Below, one piece after another: positions 21,562 through 32,324 of a DNA stretch of 64,000 bases. The position numbers were made by a program, and so were the translations under genes. This DNA is from Polyangiales bacterium. GTDB taxonomy: Bacteria; Myxococcota_A; Polyangia; Polyangiales; Ga0077539. The notes under the pieces were generated by a model. It searched no databases. It was not told where the DNA came from and worked only from the letters and a program-made list of their open reading frames with translations. How positions within the stretch are numbered: position 1 is the stretch's first letter; every line of letters starts with the position of its first letter. The stretch spans positions 96,001 through 160,000 of the forward strand of contig JBGARZ010000017.1 of assembly GCA_044229975.1 (NCBI GenBank). Reading direction: 5' to 3'.

Positions 21562-21876
21562 TTACAGACACGATTTCGGCTTCGGGGTGCCGGCGATGCG
21601 CGCGATGAGCTTCACCGGGCCCTTCGGGAAGAGCCCGTAGAGGTCCTTGGTGCCCACCCCGGTGCGCGCGGTGATGCGGCGCATGCCTGGGGTCTGCCCC
21701 TGCTCCTGGAAGTCGGCGCGGACGAAGTCGATCACCCGCCAGCTCGCGGGCGCGAGCGCGACGCCGAGCTCGGCGGCGACGGCCTCGCCGACCTCCCTCG
21801 TCCACTCACCGGCGCGTGTCAGGTAGCCCTCCGCGTCTACTTCCACGGTCCTGCCCGCGTAGTTCTTGTTCGTCAT
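21562..21876 (-). CDS. TusE/DsrC-family sulfur relay protein
   Basis: VDAEGYL...W, LYGLFPKGP, IAGTPKPKSCL (single C-terminal Cys). Confidence 0.88.
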   Translation of the reverse strand: MTNKNYAGRTVEVDAEGYLTRAGEWTREVGEAVAAELGVALAPASWRVIDFVRADFQEQGQTPGMRRITARTGVGTKDLYGLFPKGPVKLIARIAGTPKPKSCL

Positions 21877-21919
21877 CGATTGTTCTCCTTCACTCGTGCG
21901 GCACGCGTCGCGCGCCGGG

Positions 21920-23146
21920 TCAGGTCTCCGGGGGCCTCTCCTTGCCCACCATCGAGAGGCGCGTCGGAACGGGGATGGGCCGCGCCGGGAGCAGCCCGTT
22001 CCAGTACATCCACTGGAAGGCCACCTTGCCCCAGTGGTTGGCGCGGCTCTCCGCCAGCAGCGTGAACGGCCCCGCGAGGGGTAGCGGGTAGCGGCCGGGC
22101 AGCGGTTCCACGTCGTAGTTGAAGTCGATTAGCATCGCCTTGCCGCCGCCCGTCTCGACGAAGCAGTTGGCGTGGCCGTCGAAGCCGCCTTCGGTGGGGC
22201 GACCCTCGGCGATGCGCACCAGGTCGTGCACGAGGGTCTCGGCCTGGAAGTGCGCGACGCTGCCGGCCTTCGAGGTGGGGAGGTCGGTCGCGTCGCCCAG
22301 CACGAAGACGTCGTCCATTCCCTTCGCCCGCAGCGTCCCCGGGTCGGTGGGAATGAACGCGAGCTCGTTGCCGAGCTTCTGGCGCTCGACCCACGCGGCG
22401 CCCGAGTGGGTGGGCACGCTCACTAGGAGATCGAAGGGCTCCTCGCGGTCGTCGAAGGAGCGCAGGACGCGCCGCGCGCCGTCGACGGAGCCCGTGTTGA
22501 ACTCGGTCACCACCTTGATGCCCTTGTCCTGGATGAGGTGCGCGAGCCGCTTCGCCGCGAGTGGCTTGGTGAACACCGCGTCGAGCGGCGTGACGAACAC
22601 CACCTCCGTCCTCTCGCGCAGCCCCCGCCGCTTCAAGAACTCGTCGGCGAGGAACAGGAACTCAAGCGGCGCCACCGGGCACTTGATGGGCATCTCGACC
22701 ACATTGACGACCAGCCGCCCTCCCGCGAACTGGTCGAGCGCCGCGCCCAGCCGACGCGCCCCGTCCAGCGTGTAGAACTCGTGTGCGCTCGCCTCGGCGT
22801 CGGCCAGGCCCTCCAGGAGGTCTGGGCGGATGCGGCACCCCGAGGCGATCACCAGCACGTCGTACGGGACCGTGTCGCCGTCGGACAGCGTCACCTCGCG
22901 GCGCACGGGGTCCACCGCCTCGACGCCCTGGCGCACCCACTCGACGCCGTGCGCGAAGGTGTCCTCCCGCGGCCGCGACAGCTCCGTCGATCCGCCGAAC
23001 GGCACGAACAGCAGGCCGGGCTGGTAGAGGTGCTCCGTCGCGGGGTCCACGACCGTCACCACCCAGTCGGCGGGAAGTCGATGCTGGCTCGCGTTGGCGA
23101 CGATGGTCCCGGCGGTGCCCGCCCCAAGGATGACGAGGTGCTTCAT
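21920..23146 (-). CDS. sqr: Sulfide:quinone oxidoreductase (type III-like FAD oxidoreductase)
   Basis: GAGTAG, HLYQPGLLFVPFG, IKCPVAPLEF, LGDAT.LPTSKAGSVAHF, GHANCFVETG, NHWGK.AF.WMYWN. Confidence 0.85.
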   Translation of the reverse strand: MKHLVILGAGTAGTIVANASQHRLPADWVVTVVDPATEHLYQPGLLFVPFGGSTELSRPREDTFAHGVEWVRQGVEAVDPVRREVTLSDGDTVPYDVLVIASGCRIRPDLLEGLADAEASAHEFYTLDGARRLGAALDQFAGGRLVVNVVEMPIKCPVAPLEFLFLADEFLKRRGLRERTEVVFVTPLDAVFTKPLAAKRLAHLIQDKGIKVVTEFNTGSVDGARRVLRSFDDREEPFDLLVSVPTHSGAAWVERQKLGNELAFIPTDPGTLRAKGMDDVFVLGDATDLPTSKAGSVAHFQAETLVHDLVRIAEGRPTEGGFDGHANCFVETGGGKAMLIDFNYDVEPLPGRYPLPLAGPFTLLAESRANHWGKVAFQWMYWNGLLPARPIPVPTRLSMVGKERPPET

Positions 23147-23161
23147 GCCGGTCGATCACGG

Positions 23162-23177
23162 AGCAGCGTCCGTGCCG
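23162..23177 (-). promoter_or_regulatory. Candidate sigma54 promoter for sqr-tusE-dsrE
   Basis: CGGCAC-GGACG-CTGCT; UAS-like GTGCA-GGTCC-TGCGC at 23230-23244. Confidence 0.5.
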
Positions 23178-23444
23178 ACCACCGCGAGCCGCGCCTTGCG
23201 CCACCCAGCGAGGCGGCTCGGCCTGCGCGGTGCAGGTCCTGCGCCTCCGAGCGCAAGGCGTGCTCGATGCGCCCGACCGCGACAATGTCGACGGCTTCGC
23301 GGGCGGGAACGAGGGGGCGGGTGGTGAACATCGATCCCGGGCCAGGGCGGGCGGCGTGCCGAGATCGGCGGTGGCGCGGTGCCGACCGCTCGGCCTCCTG
23401 GACGTCACGGAGCGACGCGACCGACCCACGGCATCGCGATCGGT

Positions 23445-25946
23445 TCAGCGGGTGCGGCGGAGCGACGCGCGTCGATCGGAGGGGGCGCCGGGATCGCGCC
23501 CCGCGTGGAGCGCGGAGAGCCGCCGGGAGTAGCGCCGGAGCCTCGCGACCGCCCGGCCGTGGACGCTTGCCGGGGGAAACTCGCCGTCGCGCCCGGCGGT
23601 GCCGACCTCGGCGCCCGAGAGGAGCGCAAGTGCCTCGTCGGCCGTGCGCACGGCCCACACGTGAAAGAGCCCCTCGCGGACCGCCTCGACGACCTCGTCG
23701 TCGAGCACGAGGTGCACCGCGTTGGCGAGGGGGATCAGTACGCCCTGGTCGCCCGTGAGGCCCGCGTCGCGGCAGGTCTGGAAGAAGCCCTCGATCTTCG
23801 CGTTGACCTCCCCGACGGGCTGGAGCTGGCCGCGCTGGTCCAGGGACCCGGTGACCGCGACGCCCTGGTCGAGGGGCGCGTCGGCGAGCGCGGAGATGAG
23901 CGCGAGCAACTCGGCGAGGGACGCCGAGTCGCCCTCGATCGGTCCGTAGGATTGCTCGAAGGTGAGCGTCGCGGCGAGGGACAGCGGCTCGCTGCCGCCG
24001 TACAAGCGCACGAGATAGCCGCGGAGGGTCAGGACCCCTTTGGCGTGGATCGCGCCCGAGAGGTCCACCTCCCGCTCGACGCTGCACACCTCGCCGTCGC
24101 CGGGCCCGACCGTCGCCGTCACGCGCGCCGGGACGCCGAAGCAGGCGTCGCCGGACTCGACCACGGTGAGGGCGTTCACCTAGCCGACCTGTTGGCCGGC
24201 GGTCTCCACCAGGAGGACACGCCGGGCGATCTCCGACCGGATCGACCGCTCCAGCAGGCCGGAGCGCGCGCGGCGGGATCGGATGGCGCGGTCGACGTCC
24301 TCGGCCACGATCCGATCGCGCCCCGCCTTGCCCGCCCAGAAGCTGGACTCGCTCACGGTGTCGGCGAGGTCGCCCAGTCGCGTCGACAGGCGACCCTGCC
24401 GTCCGCACAGCCGCGCGCCGTGCTCGATGGCGCGGGCGATCGCGTCCGCGCCCAAGGGGCGGAGTTCGCGCTCGATCACGCAGCGGCTCAGGAACCCCGC
24501 GTAGAGGCTCATCGCGTCGTCCGACCACGGGAGGTCGGGGGCGAACTCAACCTTGACCTTGAAGAGCTCACGGAAGTCCGGGTCGAGGGCGAAGAGCATC
24601 TGGTAGCGCTCCTCGGTGCCGATGAGCACGACCTTCACGTCGAGCGGAATCGCCGCGGGCCGCAGCGCGACGGTCGGCAGCGGCGAGCCGTCACCGCCGC
24701 CCTCCAGCCGGACCTCCCTCCCGACCAGGGCGCGCTTGAGCACCGACCAGGCGTCCTCGGTCTCCAGGAGGTCGTCGGCGCGCACGACGAGGAACCCGCC
24801 GTTCGCGCGGTGCAGCGCGCCGGGCCGCACCTGGAGGAAGTCCGTCACCAGGCCGTTCGCGGTCGCGCGGTAGTCCGTCCGTCCGGTGAGGTTCTCCGCG
24901 GTCGGGTGCGCCTCCACGACGACCGGGGCCCCCGCCGCGGCCGTGTGGTCGATGAACACGTTGACCTCGTAGCGCGTGAACGGCGTCGGCCGGCTCCGAC
25001 CGGCTCCGACGGCGGTGCCGTCTACCTCGACGTCTGCGTCGCGCTCCGATCCGTCCTCGTCGAGGTCGGTCGGCCCCGGCGGGGTGAGGTCCTGCGCGCG
25101 GTCGACGACGTCGGCGCCCACCCGCGTCAGGTGGTCGAGCACCGGGGCGACGTCGGCGTAGCGGGACTTCAGGTCCGCGAGTAGTGGCTCAACGGCAGCC
25201 TGCACGGCGTCGCGCTCGAAGGCATGCCGCTTCTCCTCCTCCTCGCGCTCCACCAGACGGAGCTGGCGGACAACGGCTTCGATCTCCTGCCCGAAGCGCT
25301 CGGTGCGCTGCGCGAGGGAGTCGCGCTCCTCGGGGGCCAGCGCCGCAAACTGCTCCTCGGTGATCGACTCTCCATCAACGAGCGGCGTCGAGGTGAGGCG
25401 CCCGAGCGAGTAGTCCACCCGAAAGCCCTGGGCGACGCCGACGGCGCCTGCCTGGACCACGACCTCCTTCCTTCGCCGCGCGACGTCGGCGAGCGAAGCG
25501 CGGAGACGCCGGTCGTGGTCCTCGCTCTCGAACGCGCGACGGATCGCCCGCTCGGCGTCGCGGGCGAAGGAGGCCATCTCGCGCGCCAGGCCCGCCGCGC
25601 GTCCGCTGGGGAGCGACAGCGCGAGCGGCCGGTCGGGGGACGAGAAGTTGTGGACGAAGACCCAGTCGGGCGGCGCGGGCCGGGCGCCGGCCGCGGCGCG
25701 AAGATGGGCCAGGACCGCGGTCGTGCGGCCCGAGCCGCTGTCGCCCGCGACGTAGAGGTTGAAGCCCGGCCCGCGCGCCTCGACCCCGAACGCGAGCGCG
25801 TCGAGCGCGTCCTGCTGACCCAGCAGGCTGTCGCACGGGGGGACTTCGGCGGTGGAGTTGAAGGGCAGCGTGGAAGGGTCGAGGTGCGCGCGCAGCTGGT
25901 CGGCGTGCAGCGCCGCGTGCTCACGAATCGGGCGGTACGTCGTCAT
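23445..25946 (-). pseudogene. Lon-like (LonB/LonC) AAA protease interrupted by an in-frame TAG at 24180-24182
   Basis: GDSGSGRTT, PGALHRANGGFL, FKVKVEF, then VG*VNAL, EGDSAS (catalytic Ser) and VNAKIEGF (catalytic Lys); both ORFs are in the same frame. Confidence 0.85.
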
Positions 25947-25958
25947 CGACCGCCGGTG

Positions 25959-26088
25959 AGCAAGGACAGGGCCGTGGCCTGCACCCCACCGCGCGTCCGC
26001 GAACTCAGGAGCAACGCGCAGGTGTTGCGCCGGATGCGCAACCCCGGCGTCGGGGCACGGGTCTCACCGTGACGGCACGCCCGGTGCT
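25959..26088. promoter_or_regulatory. Divergent sigma54 promoter pair with central palindromic UAS
   Basis: Minus strand CGGCCC-TGTCC-TTGCT (25959-25974); GCGCA-GGTGT-TGCGC-CGGAT-GCGCA (26016-26040); plus strand CGGCAC-GCCCG-GTGCT (26073-26088). Confidence 0.6.
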
Positions 26089-26106
26089 CAACGAAGACGC
26101 GCTGCC

Positions 26107-26507
26107 ATGAAGCCCAAGATCCTCGTTCCGGTGGACGCGACCTCCCATTCGGCTCTGCTTCCGGTCGCCACCAACGAGGCGCGGTGGCGCGGCGCGGAGC
26201 TGGTCCTCTTGCGGGTGGTGTCGTCGTCGACGCAGCTGCCCCCCGACGTCCCTGCGCGGCCGACGGAGAGCGGCGCGACGCTGCTCGCCCGCAGCGCCCG
26301 CGCCTCTCGGCCGACGTCGACGTGAGCGTGCGGGTGGAGTTCGGGTCGCCCTGGCGGGTCATCGTCGAAGCCGCGGAGGACGAGCGTGCGGCGCTCATCG
26401 TGATGGGCGCGCACGACCAGAGGCTGCTCGACAGTTGGCTCGGCACGACGACCACCCGCGTGCTCGAACACGCCGGGTGTAGCGTGCTGGTGGTGCGGGA
26501 CGCTTGA
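26107..26507 (+). pseudogene. Frameshifted universal stress protein
   Basis: MKPKILVPVD... in one frame; GSPWRVIVEAAE...LIVMGAH...LGTTTTRVLEHAGCSVLVV in another. Confidence 0.8.
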
Positions 26508-26548
26508 AGCGCCCGGACACGCCAGGCCGACGTGCCTGGCGGGGCCCG

Positions 26549-27220
26549 TCAGTGCCAGGGCTCGACGCGGAGCCGGTCGACGACGGCGCGCACCCCCTGC
26601 GTCGCACCGGCGGCGTTCAGGGCCGCCTGACGCTCGGCCCAGGAGCGTACGGATCCGGTGAGGGTGACGCGTCCGTCCTCGTCGGTGATGTCGAAGGAGA
26701 GTGCCTCGTCCCGGGCCTGCCGGGTGAGCGCCTCCCTGACCGCCGTGCGGACGTCCGCCGGTGCAACCACCGGGGCGACGGTGAGGCGGTTGTCGATGCC
26801 GTGCACGCCCGCGAGGTGGCGCACGGCCTCCTCGGCGTCGTCGCGCTGGCTCAGGCACTCGACGACACCTTCGAGGGTGATGACCCCCTGGGCGACGGTC
26901 GTCTGGATGGCCTCGTCGGGCACGCGGACGTCCCACTCCAACGCCCGCCTCGTCGCCTTCGCGATGTCCGCATCGGTGCGCCGCAAGTCGCCGGGGACGT
27001 GCGTCACGAGGTCGTTGGCGACGTCGCGGACGCCCGCGACGCGGTGGGCCGACTGCTGGGCGGCATGTCGCTGGGCCCACGAGTCGACCGTGCCGGAGAG
27101 GGTGACCACGCCGTCCCGCACGCTCACGCCGACGGCGGCGGCGATCCGGGTGTCGAAGCACAGCTGGTTCTGCACGTCGGTCTGGAGCTGGAGGTCGGAC
27201 TTCTTCGGCGTGACTTGCAT
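26549..27220 (-). CDS. Triple BON-domain protein (paralog of 9405..10061)
   Basis: Shares AHRVAGVRDVAND and RTDADIA..RRALEWD.RVPDE with the first copy. Confidence 0.9.
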   Translation of the reverse strand: MQVTPKKSDLQLQTDVQNQLCFDTRIAAAVGVSVRDGVVTLSGTVDSWAQRHAAQQSAHRVAGVRDVANDLVTHVPGDLRRTDADIAKATRRALEWDVRVPDEAIQTTVAQGVITLEGVVECLSQRDDAEEAVRHLAGVHGIDNRLTVAPVVAPADVRTAVREALTRQARDEALSFDITDEDGRVTLTGSVRSWAERQAALNAAGATQGVRAVVDRLRVEPWH

Positions 27221-27272
27221 GGCGTTCCTCGATGATCCGCCTGCGACGGGAGGGGCGGGCGGTGATGCTCTC

Positions 27273-27520
27273 AGCACCCGCTGTGCCGCGCGCCGAGGAT
27301 GCGAAGTTCGGGGCGCGAGCGAGCTTCGTGCGCAGGTCGCGCAGCGATTGCGCCGACCCGTGCGCTTGATGCGCCCGCGTGTCGGCGACCACTGTCCTGG
27401 GGCCGAAGCAACGTGTGCTCACGAGGGCATGGCTTGTGTCGCGCGCAAGGCTGCGTGCACCCGGCGACATCCAGTTTGGGAGGAGACGGTCGGTCCTGCC
27501 CGCGCGGCACACCCTCTGCT
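27273..27520. promoter_or_regulatory. Divergent sigma54 promoter pair with tandem UAS
   Basis: Minus strand CGGCAC-AGCGG-GTGCT (27273-27288); TGCGC-AGGTC-GCGCA-GCGAT-TGCGC (27329-27353); plus strand CGGCAC-ACCCT-CTGCT (27505-27520). Confidence 0.6.
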
Positions 27521-27531
27521 GTGACGCTCGC

Positions 27532-28573
27532 ATGAAGAGAGTGCGCGATGTCGGGACGGTGGCCCAGTGGATGACATCCCAGGAGGAGACGGTCGGACGC
27601 CGCACGTCGCTGGCCGTCGCGCGCATCGCGATGGCACGCACACGGCTCGAACACCTGCCGGTGATGCACGAGGGCTCCCTCGTCGGCGTGCGCACCGCGA
27701 GCGACCTCGCGCGCCTGGAGACGCTCGGCGTGGCGCCCGATCGGTCTGCGGCGGAGGCGATGCGCACCGACGTCTTCGCCGTGGGGGCCGAAGAGCCCGT
27801 CGCGCGCGCCGTCGCGCCCATGGCCGCGGGTGGGGGCGGCCTCGCGGTGGTGATGCGCGACGGTCACGTCGTCGGAGTGTTCTCCGCGGCCAACGCGCTG
27901 CGCTCCGCTGGGGGCGATCTGCGGGCCGCTGACGAACCCACGGTGCCGGAGCTCGCGGCGCGGGCCCGGGCGGCCCGGGGGCTATGCGCTCGCCGTCATC
28001 GCCGGCTCCGCGGGGGCCATCCGTCCGCTGGTGCGGACCCTGGGCGCGCTGCCGCGGACCTTTCCGTTGGCGGTCGTCGTGGTGCAACACCGGGCGTCGC
28101 GCCCGCACGACCTGCTCGCGCAGCTGCTGCGCCGGACGGGATCGCTGCCGATCGTCGAGGTCGTCGACGGGGCACAGCTCACGCCGGGTACCGTGCACCT
28201 GGCCCCGCCGGACCTCCACGTCGAGACCGGCCCCGGCGGAGTCCTCGAACTCCACGACGGGCATCGCATCGCGGGCGTGCTCTCGTCGGCGGACCCGCTG
28301 CTCGAGAGCGCGGCCCGCGAACTCGGTCCGCGGGTGATCGCGGTGATCCTCTCGGGGAGGGGATCCGACGGCGCCTTCGGCGTGCGCGCCGTCGGCAAGG
28401 CCGGCGGCACCGTACTCACTCAATCGACCGGCAGCGCGGACTTCGACGGGATGCCCGCGTCGGCGCTCGCCACTGGCTGCGTGGACCTGTCGCTCGGCGT
28501 AGACGCGATCGGGCCGGCGCTCGTGCGACTCGCGCGCGAGGCTCGTCCCGTCGACGCTCTCGCGGATAAGTGA
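27532..28573 (+). pseudogene. CBS-pair + CheB methylesterase fusion, frameshifted at a G run (27977-27981)
   Basis: CBS motifs (WMT...HLPVM..G.LVGV); after a 1-nt shift, YALAVIAGSAGAI...VVQHR...ILSGRGSDGA...MP.SA (S-H-D triad). Confidence 0.75.
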
Positions 28574-28581
28574 CCGCGCGG

Positions 28582-30627
28582 TCACTCGTGCCGGAGGGCG
28601 TCGATCGGGTTGAGCCGCGCCGCGTCGCGCGCGGGGACGAAGCCGAAGACCACACCGACGCCGCACGAGACGAGCATCGCGAGGAGTGCCGTGTCGGTCT
28701 GGAACTGGAGGCTGAAGTCCGTCACCCGCGAGAGCACGAAGCTCGCCCCCACGCCCAGGAGCAGACCCGCGAGGCCTCCGACGCCGGACAGCACCACGGC
28801 CTCGACGAGGAACTGCGCCAGGATGTCCCGCGGGCGCGCCCCGATCGCGAGGCGGATGCCGATCTCGCGCGTCCGCTCGGTGACCGAGACCAGCATGATG
28901 TTCATGACGCCGATGCCGCCCACCAGGAGCGAGATGGAGGCGACGGTGAGCAGCAGCACGCTGATGATCGACTGCTGCGCCTGGAACGAGTTCATGATCT
29001 CGGTGAGGTTGCGCACCGAGAAGTCGTCCTCCTGGCCGGCGTCGATCCGGTGCCGCTGCCGGAGAAGCGCCGTCACCCCGTCCTGGGCGCGGAACACCAG
29101 GTCGGGCCCGCGCGCCGTCACCATGACGGCGTTCACCTGCCCGTTGGGGAGGCGGAAGATCCCGGCGCGGAAGGCGCTGATGGGGACGACCACGGTGTCG
29201 TCCTGGTCCTGGCCGAAGCCGGTCTGGCCGCGCGGGGCGAGCACCGCCACGACGGTGCACGGCATTCGCCCGACGCGCACCTCGCGCCCGGTGGGGTCGT
29301 CCGCGCCGAAGAGCTGGCGGCGCACCGTCTCCCCCAGGACGCACGACCGGGCCGACAGCCGGACCTCGTCGTCGCCCCAGAGCGCACCGAGCGCGGCGTC
29401 CCAGGTCCGCACCGCGAAGTACCCGGGCGTCGTGCCCGTCACCCGCGTCGACCAGTTGAGCTCCCCCGCGACGACCTGCGCGCTCGCGCCGAGGACGGGC
29501 GCGACCGCCGCGACGGACGGCACCTCCCGGCCGATGGCGACGGCGTCCTCGTCGGTGAGGGTGGCAGCGGCGCCCCGCGCTCCGCGCGCGCCGCCGCTGA
29601 CGGTGGGGTTCGGCACGACGACCAGGAGGTTGACCCCGAGCGACGCGAGCTGCGCCGCCATCCGCTGGCGCGCCCCCGCGCCGAGGGCGCTGGTGGTCAC
29701 CACCGCCGCGATGCCGATGAGGATCCCGAGCGCCGTGAGCGAGGTGCGCAGCTTCGCCCGCGAGAGCGCCCGCAACGCGAGCCAGAGCGCGGTCAGCCCC
29801 CGCCACGCGGCGCCCGCCGCGCGTCGCATCGCGCCCCGCGGGGACGTCCCGGCGCCGGCCCCGCGGAGGTCCTCCCGCTGCCACGGCATCACGGCGTCGG
29901 CGGGGGTCGCGATCCGCGGCCGGGTCGCGCGCTCGTCGGACACCACGCGACCGTCGCGCATGCTGATCACCCGCGAGGCGCAGGCCGCGACGTCCGCCTC
30001 GTGGGTGACCATCACGATGGTGAGGCCGTGCTCGCGGTTGAGCCACTGGAGCAGCGCCAGGATCTCCTCGGAGGTCTTCGAGTCGAGGTTGCCGGTGGGC
30101 TCGTCGGCCAGCAGCAGGGCGCGCACCGTCACGAGCGCGCGGGCCGTGGCGACGCGCTGCTGCTGGCCCCCCGAGAGCTGCGCCGCCGTGTGCTTCATGT
30201 GCGCGCCGAGCCCCACCAGCGCGAGGGCGTACCTGCACCGCCGCGCGCGCTCGGCCGCGGGCGTGCCCTGGTGGACCAGCGGCATCTCGACGTTCTCGAG
30301 GGCGCTGGTGCGGGGCAGGAGGTTGAAGCCCTGGAAGATGAACCCCAGGAGCCGGTTGCGCGCCCGCGCGAGCTCGTCGGTCCCGAGGGCCGAGACGTCG
30401 CGCCCGTCGAGGACGAATCGCCCGCTCGTGGGCCGGTCGAGGCACCCGATGACGTTCATGAGGGTGCTCTTGCCCGAGCCCGACGGGCCGACGATCGCCA
30501 CGAACTCGCCGCGCTCGACCCGCAGCGTGGCCCCCTCCAGTGCGACGAAGGTCACCCCGCCGGTGCCGTAGACCTTCCGCACGTTCTCCAGCGAGAGCAT
30601 CGGGGTGGCGGCGAGCGCGCCCTCCAT
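28582..30627 (-). CDS. MacB-type ABC transporter (ATPase-permease fusion)
   Basis: GPSGSGKST, LSGGQQQRV, ADEPTGNLD; RTSLTALGILIG; GGIGVMNIMLVSVTERTREIGIR.AIGA; ends LNPIDALRHE; TGATG coupling to the upstream adaptor. Confidence 0.92.
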   Translation of the reverse strand: MEGALAATPMLSLENVRKVYGTGGVTFVALEGATLRVERGEFVAIVGPSGSGKSTLMNVIGCLDRPTSGRFVLDGRDVSALGTDELARARNRLLGFIFQGFNLLPRTSALENVEMPLVHQGTPAAERARRCRYALALVGLGAHMKHTAAQLSGGQQQRVATARALVTVRALLLADEPTGNLDSKTSEEILALLQWLNREHGLTIVMVTHEADVAACASRVISMRDGRVVSDERATRPRIATPADAVMPWQREDLRGAGAGTSPRGAMRRAAGAAWRGLTALWLALRALSRAKLRTSLTALGILIGIAAVVTTSALGAGARQRMAAQLASLGVNLLVVVPNPTVSGGARGARGAAATLTDEDAVAIGREVPSVAAVAPVLGASAQVVAGELNWSTRVTGTTPGYFAVRTWDAALGALWGDDEVRLSARSCVLGETVRRQLFGADDPTGREVRVGRMPCTVVAVLAPRGQTGFGQDQDDTVVVPISAFRAGIFRLPNGQVNAVMVTARGPDLVFRAQDGVTALLRQRHRIDAGQEDDFSVRNLTEIMNSFQAQQSIISVLLLTVASISLLVGGIGVMNIMLVSVTERTREIGIRLAIGARPRDILAQFLVEAVVLSGVGGLAGLLLGVGASFVLSRVTDFSLQFQTDTALLAMLVSCGVGVVFGFVPARDAARLNPIDALRHE

Positions 30628-31901
30628 CAGAACATCCTCATGCGCGCGCCGCCGGTGCTCCTCGCGCCCGCGGCGTCGGTGTCGTCGAGCACCACCTCCT
30701 CGCCGACCCGCAGGCCCGCGCCAGAGACCTCCGTGGCGACGCCGTTGGTGACGCCCACCGCTACCGGCACGGCGACCGCGCGCCCGCCGCGCAGGACGTA
30801 GACCACGCCCGCGCCCGGCGGCGGCTCGACGGACGGTCGCCGGGCCTCGGCGGCGGGCGGCCAGTACCGGAGGGCCGCGTTGGGGACGCAGAGCGCACCG
30901 GGCCGGCGCTGCGTGACGATGGTGATGGTGGCCGTCATCCCCGGGCGCAGCTTGAGCTCCGGGTTGGCGAGCGCGATCACCGTCGCGTATGTCACCACGC
31001 CGCTCGTGGACGTCGGGGTGATGCGGAGCTGCGAGACCTCGCCGCGGAACGTCTCGCGCGGGAACGCGTCGACCCGCGCGACGGCGCCCATGCCCTCGCG
31101 CGGGCGGCCGATGTTGGCCTCGTCGACGTCGGCCATCACCCGCATCTGCGCGAGGTCGTTGGCGATGACGAAGAGCGTGGGCGTCTGGAAGCTCGCGGCG
31201 ACCGTCTGTCCGGGGTCGACCGCGCGCGTCGCGACGACACCGTCGATGGGCGCCTCGATGCGCGTGAACGCGAGGCTGGTCCGCGCCGAACGGAGCGACG
31301 CCCGGGCCTGGGCGACCTGCGCGGTCGCGAGGTTCACCGAGGCCTCGGCCATCTCGCGCTGGGCGGCGGCCTGGTCGACGTCGGCCTGCGCGTTGAGCCC
31401 GCCGGACCGCAGCGCGACGGCGCGCGCGAGCACCCGCTCGGTCAGGCGGTGGTTGGCGCGGTTCTGCGCGAGCGTCGCCTACGCGGCCTGGAGCGAGGCG
31501 GCCGCCTGCTCGACCTGCGCGCGGTAGGTGGTCGCGTCGATCTCCGCCAGCAGGTCGCCGCGGCGGACGCGGCTGTTGAAGTCCACCGCCACGCGCAGGA
31601 TGCGGCCGCTCACCTGGGCGCCGACCTGCACCTCGACGAGCGGCTGCACGGTGCCCGTCGCGCGGATGACCTCCTCGAGGTCGGTACGGGCGACGCGCGC
31701 GGTCAGGTGTCGTGAGGTCACGGGTCGGGGGCGGGCGCGCCACCACGCGAAGGCCCCGGCGGCGAGGGCGAGGAGCGCGAGCGCGAGCGCCAGCCACCGA
31801 AGCCAGCGGCGGTTGGAACGTCCCGCCGGGTCGGTCGCGTCCGAGGGCCCGACGACGACGGCCGGAGGGTCGGCGGCGCCGACGCTTGTTGACGGGGTCA
31901 T
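30627..31901 (-). pseudogene. MacA-like periplasmic adaptor with an in-frame TAG at 31479-31481
   Basis: TM, ATGTVQP...VGAQVSG.I....VDFN, LQAA*ATLAQ, APIDGVV...GQTVAASFQTPTLF, LRPGMTA. Confidence 0.85.
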
Positions 31902-32018
31902 CGCGGGTCACCGGCGGCGGTCGCCGCGGTGCGGTGTCTCGGTGGGGTGGAACCCGGGCGTGGATCACGACGTGTCATGGTGGCCTCGCGGCGCTTCGCC
32001 GCCGGAGACCGCCTCGTT

Positions 32019-32237
32019 CGCACGTGCCGTGCCCGGTGCCGCGGGCTCGCGTCGGTGCGCCGCGCGACGAACCTCCGCCGCCCCGACGGGCGCAGGCGCC
32101 GCGCGACGAACCTCCGCCGCCCCGACGGGCGCAGGCGGTTCGCCGCCTCGTGCAGATGCTGCGCGAGCGGTCACGGACGGGGGTAGGGAGCCGTGCGAGT
32201 CCGATCGTCCGCGCGCCCGATCGGTACATGCCGTGCA
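32019..32237. promoter_or_regulatory. Divergent sigma54 promoter candidates with UAS-like sites
   Basis: Minus strand GGGCAC-GGCAC-GTGCG (32019-32034); GCGCA-GGCGG-TTCGC (32129) and GTGCA-GATGC-TGCGC (32150); plus strand CGGTAC-ATGCC-GTGCA (32222-32237). Confidence 0.5.
32057..32137. repeat. Perfect 39-bp tandem duplication
   Basis: GCGCCGCGCGACGAACCTCCGCCGCCCCGACGGGCGCAG x2 (32057-32095, 32096-32134) plus GCG. Confidence 0.9.
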
Positions 32238-32324
32238 GCCCGGCTGGCGCATGACACCTCCCGCGCTGCTCGGACGTCTCGCTCGCCTCTTCGCGCCCAC
32301 CGCCTTCGCGCTCCTGGTCGCGCT

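Noticed and set aside
21562..21876. True DsrC of dissimilatory sulfur metabolism
   Set aside because: Only the terminal Cys is present, and there is no dsrAB in the window.
28582..31968. 1128-aa MacB with a long N-terminal extension
   Set aside because: The extension is an alternate frame over the adaptor gene; the real start is the coupled ATG at 30627.
32057..32137. CRISPR array
   Set aside because: Two abutting units with no spacer and no cas genes.
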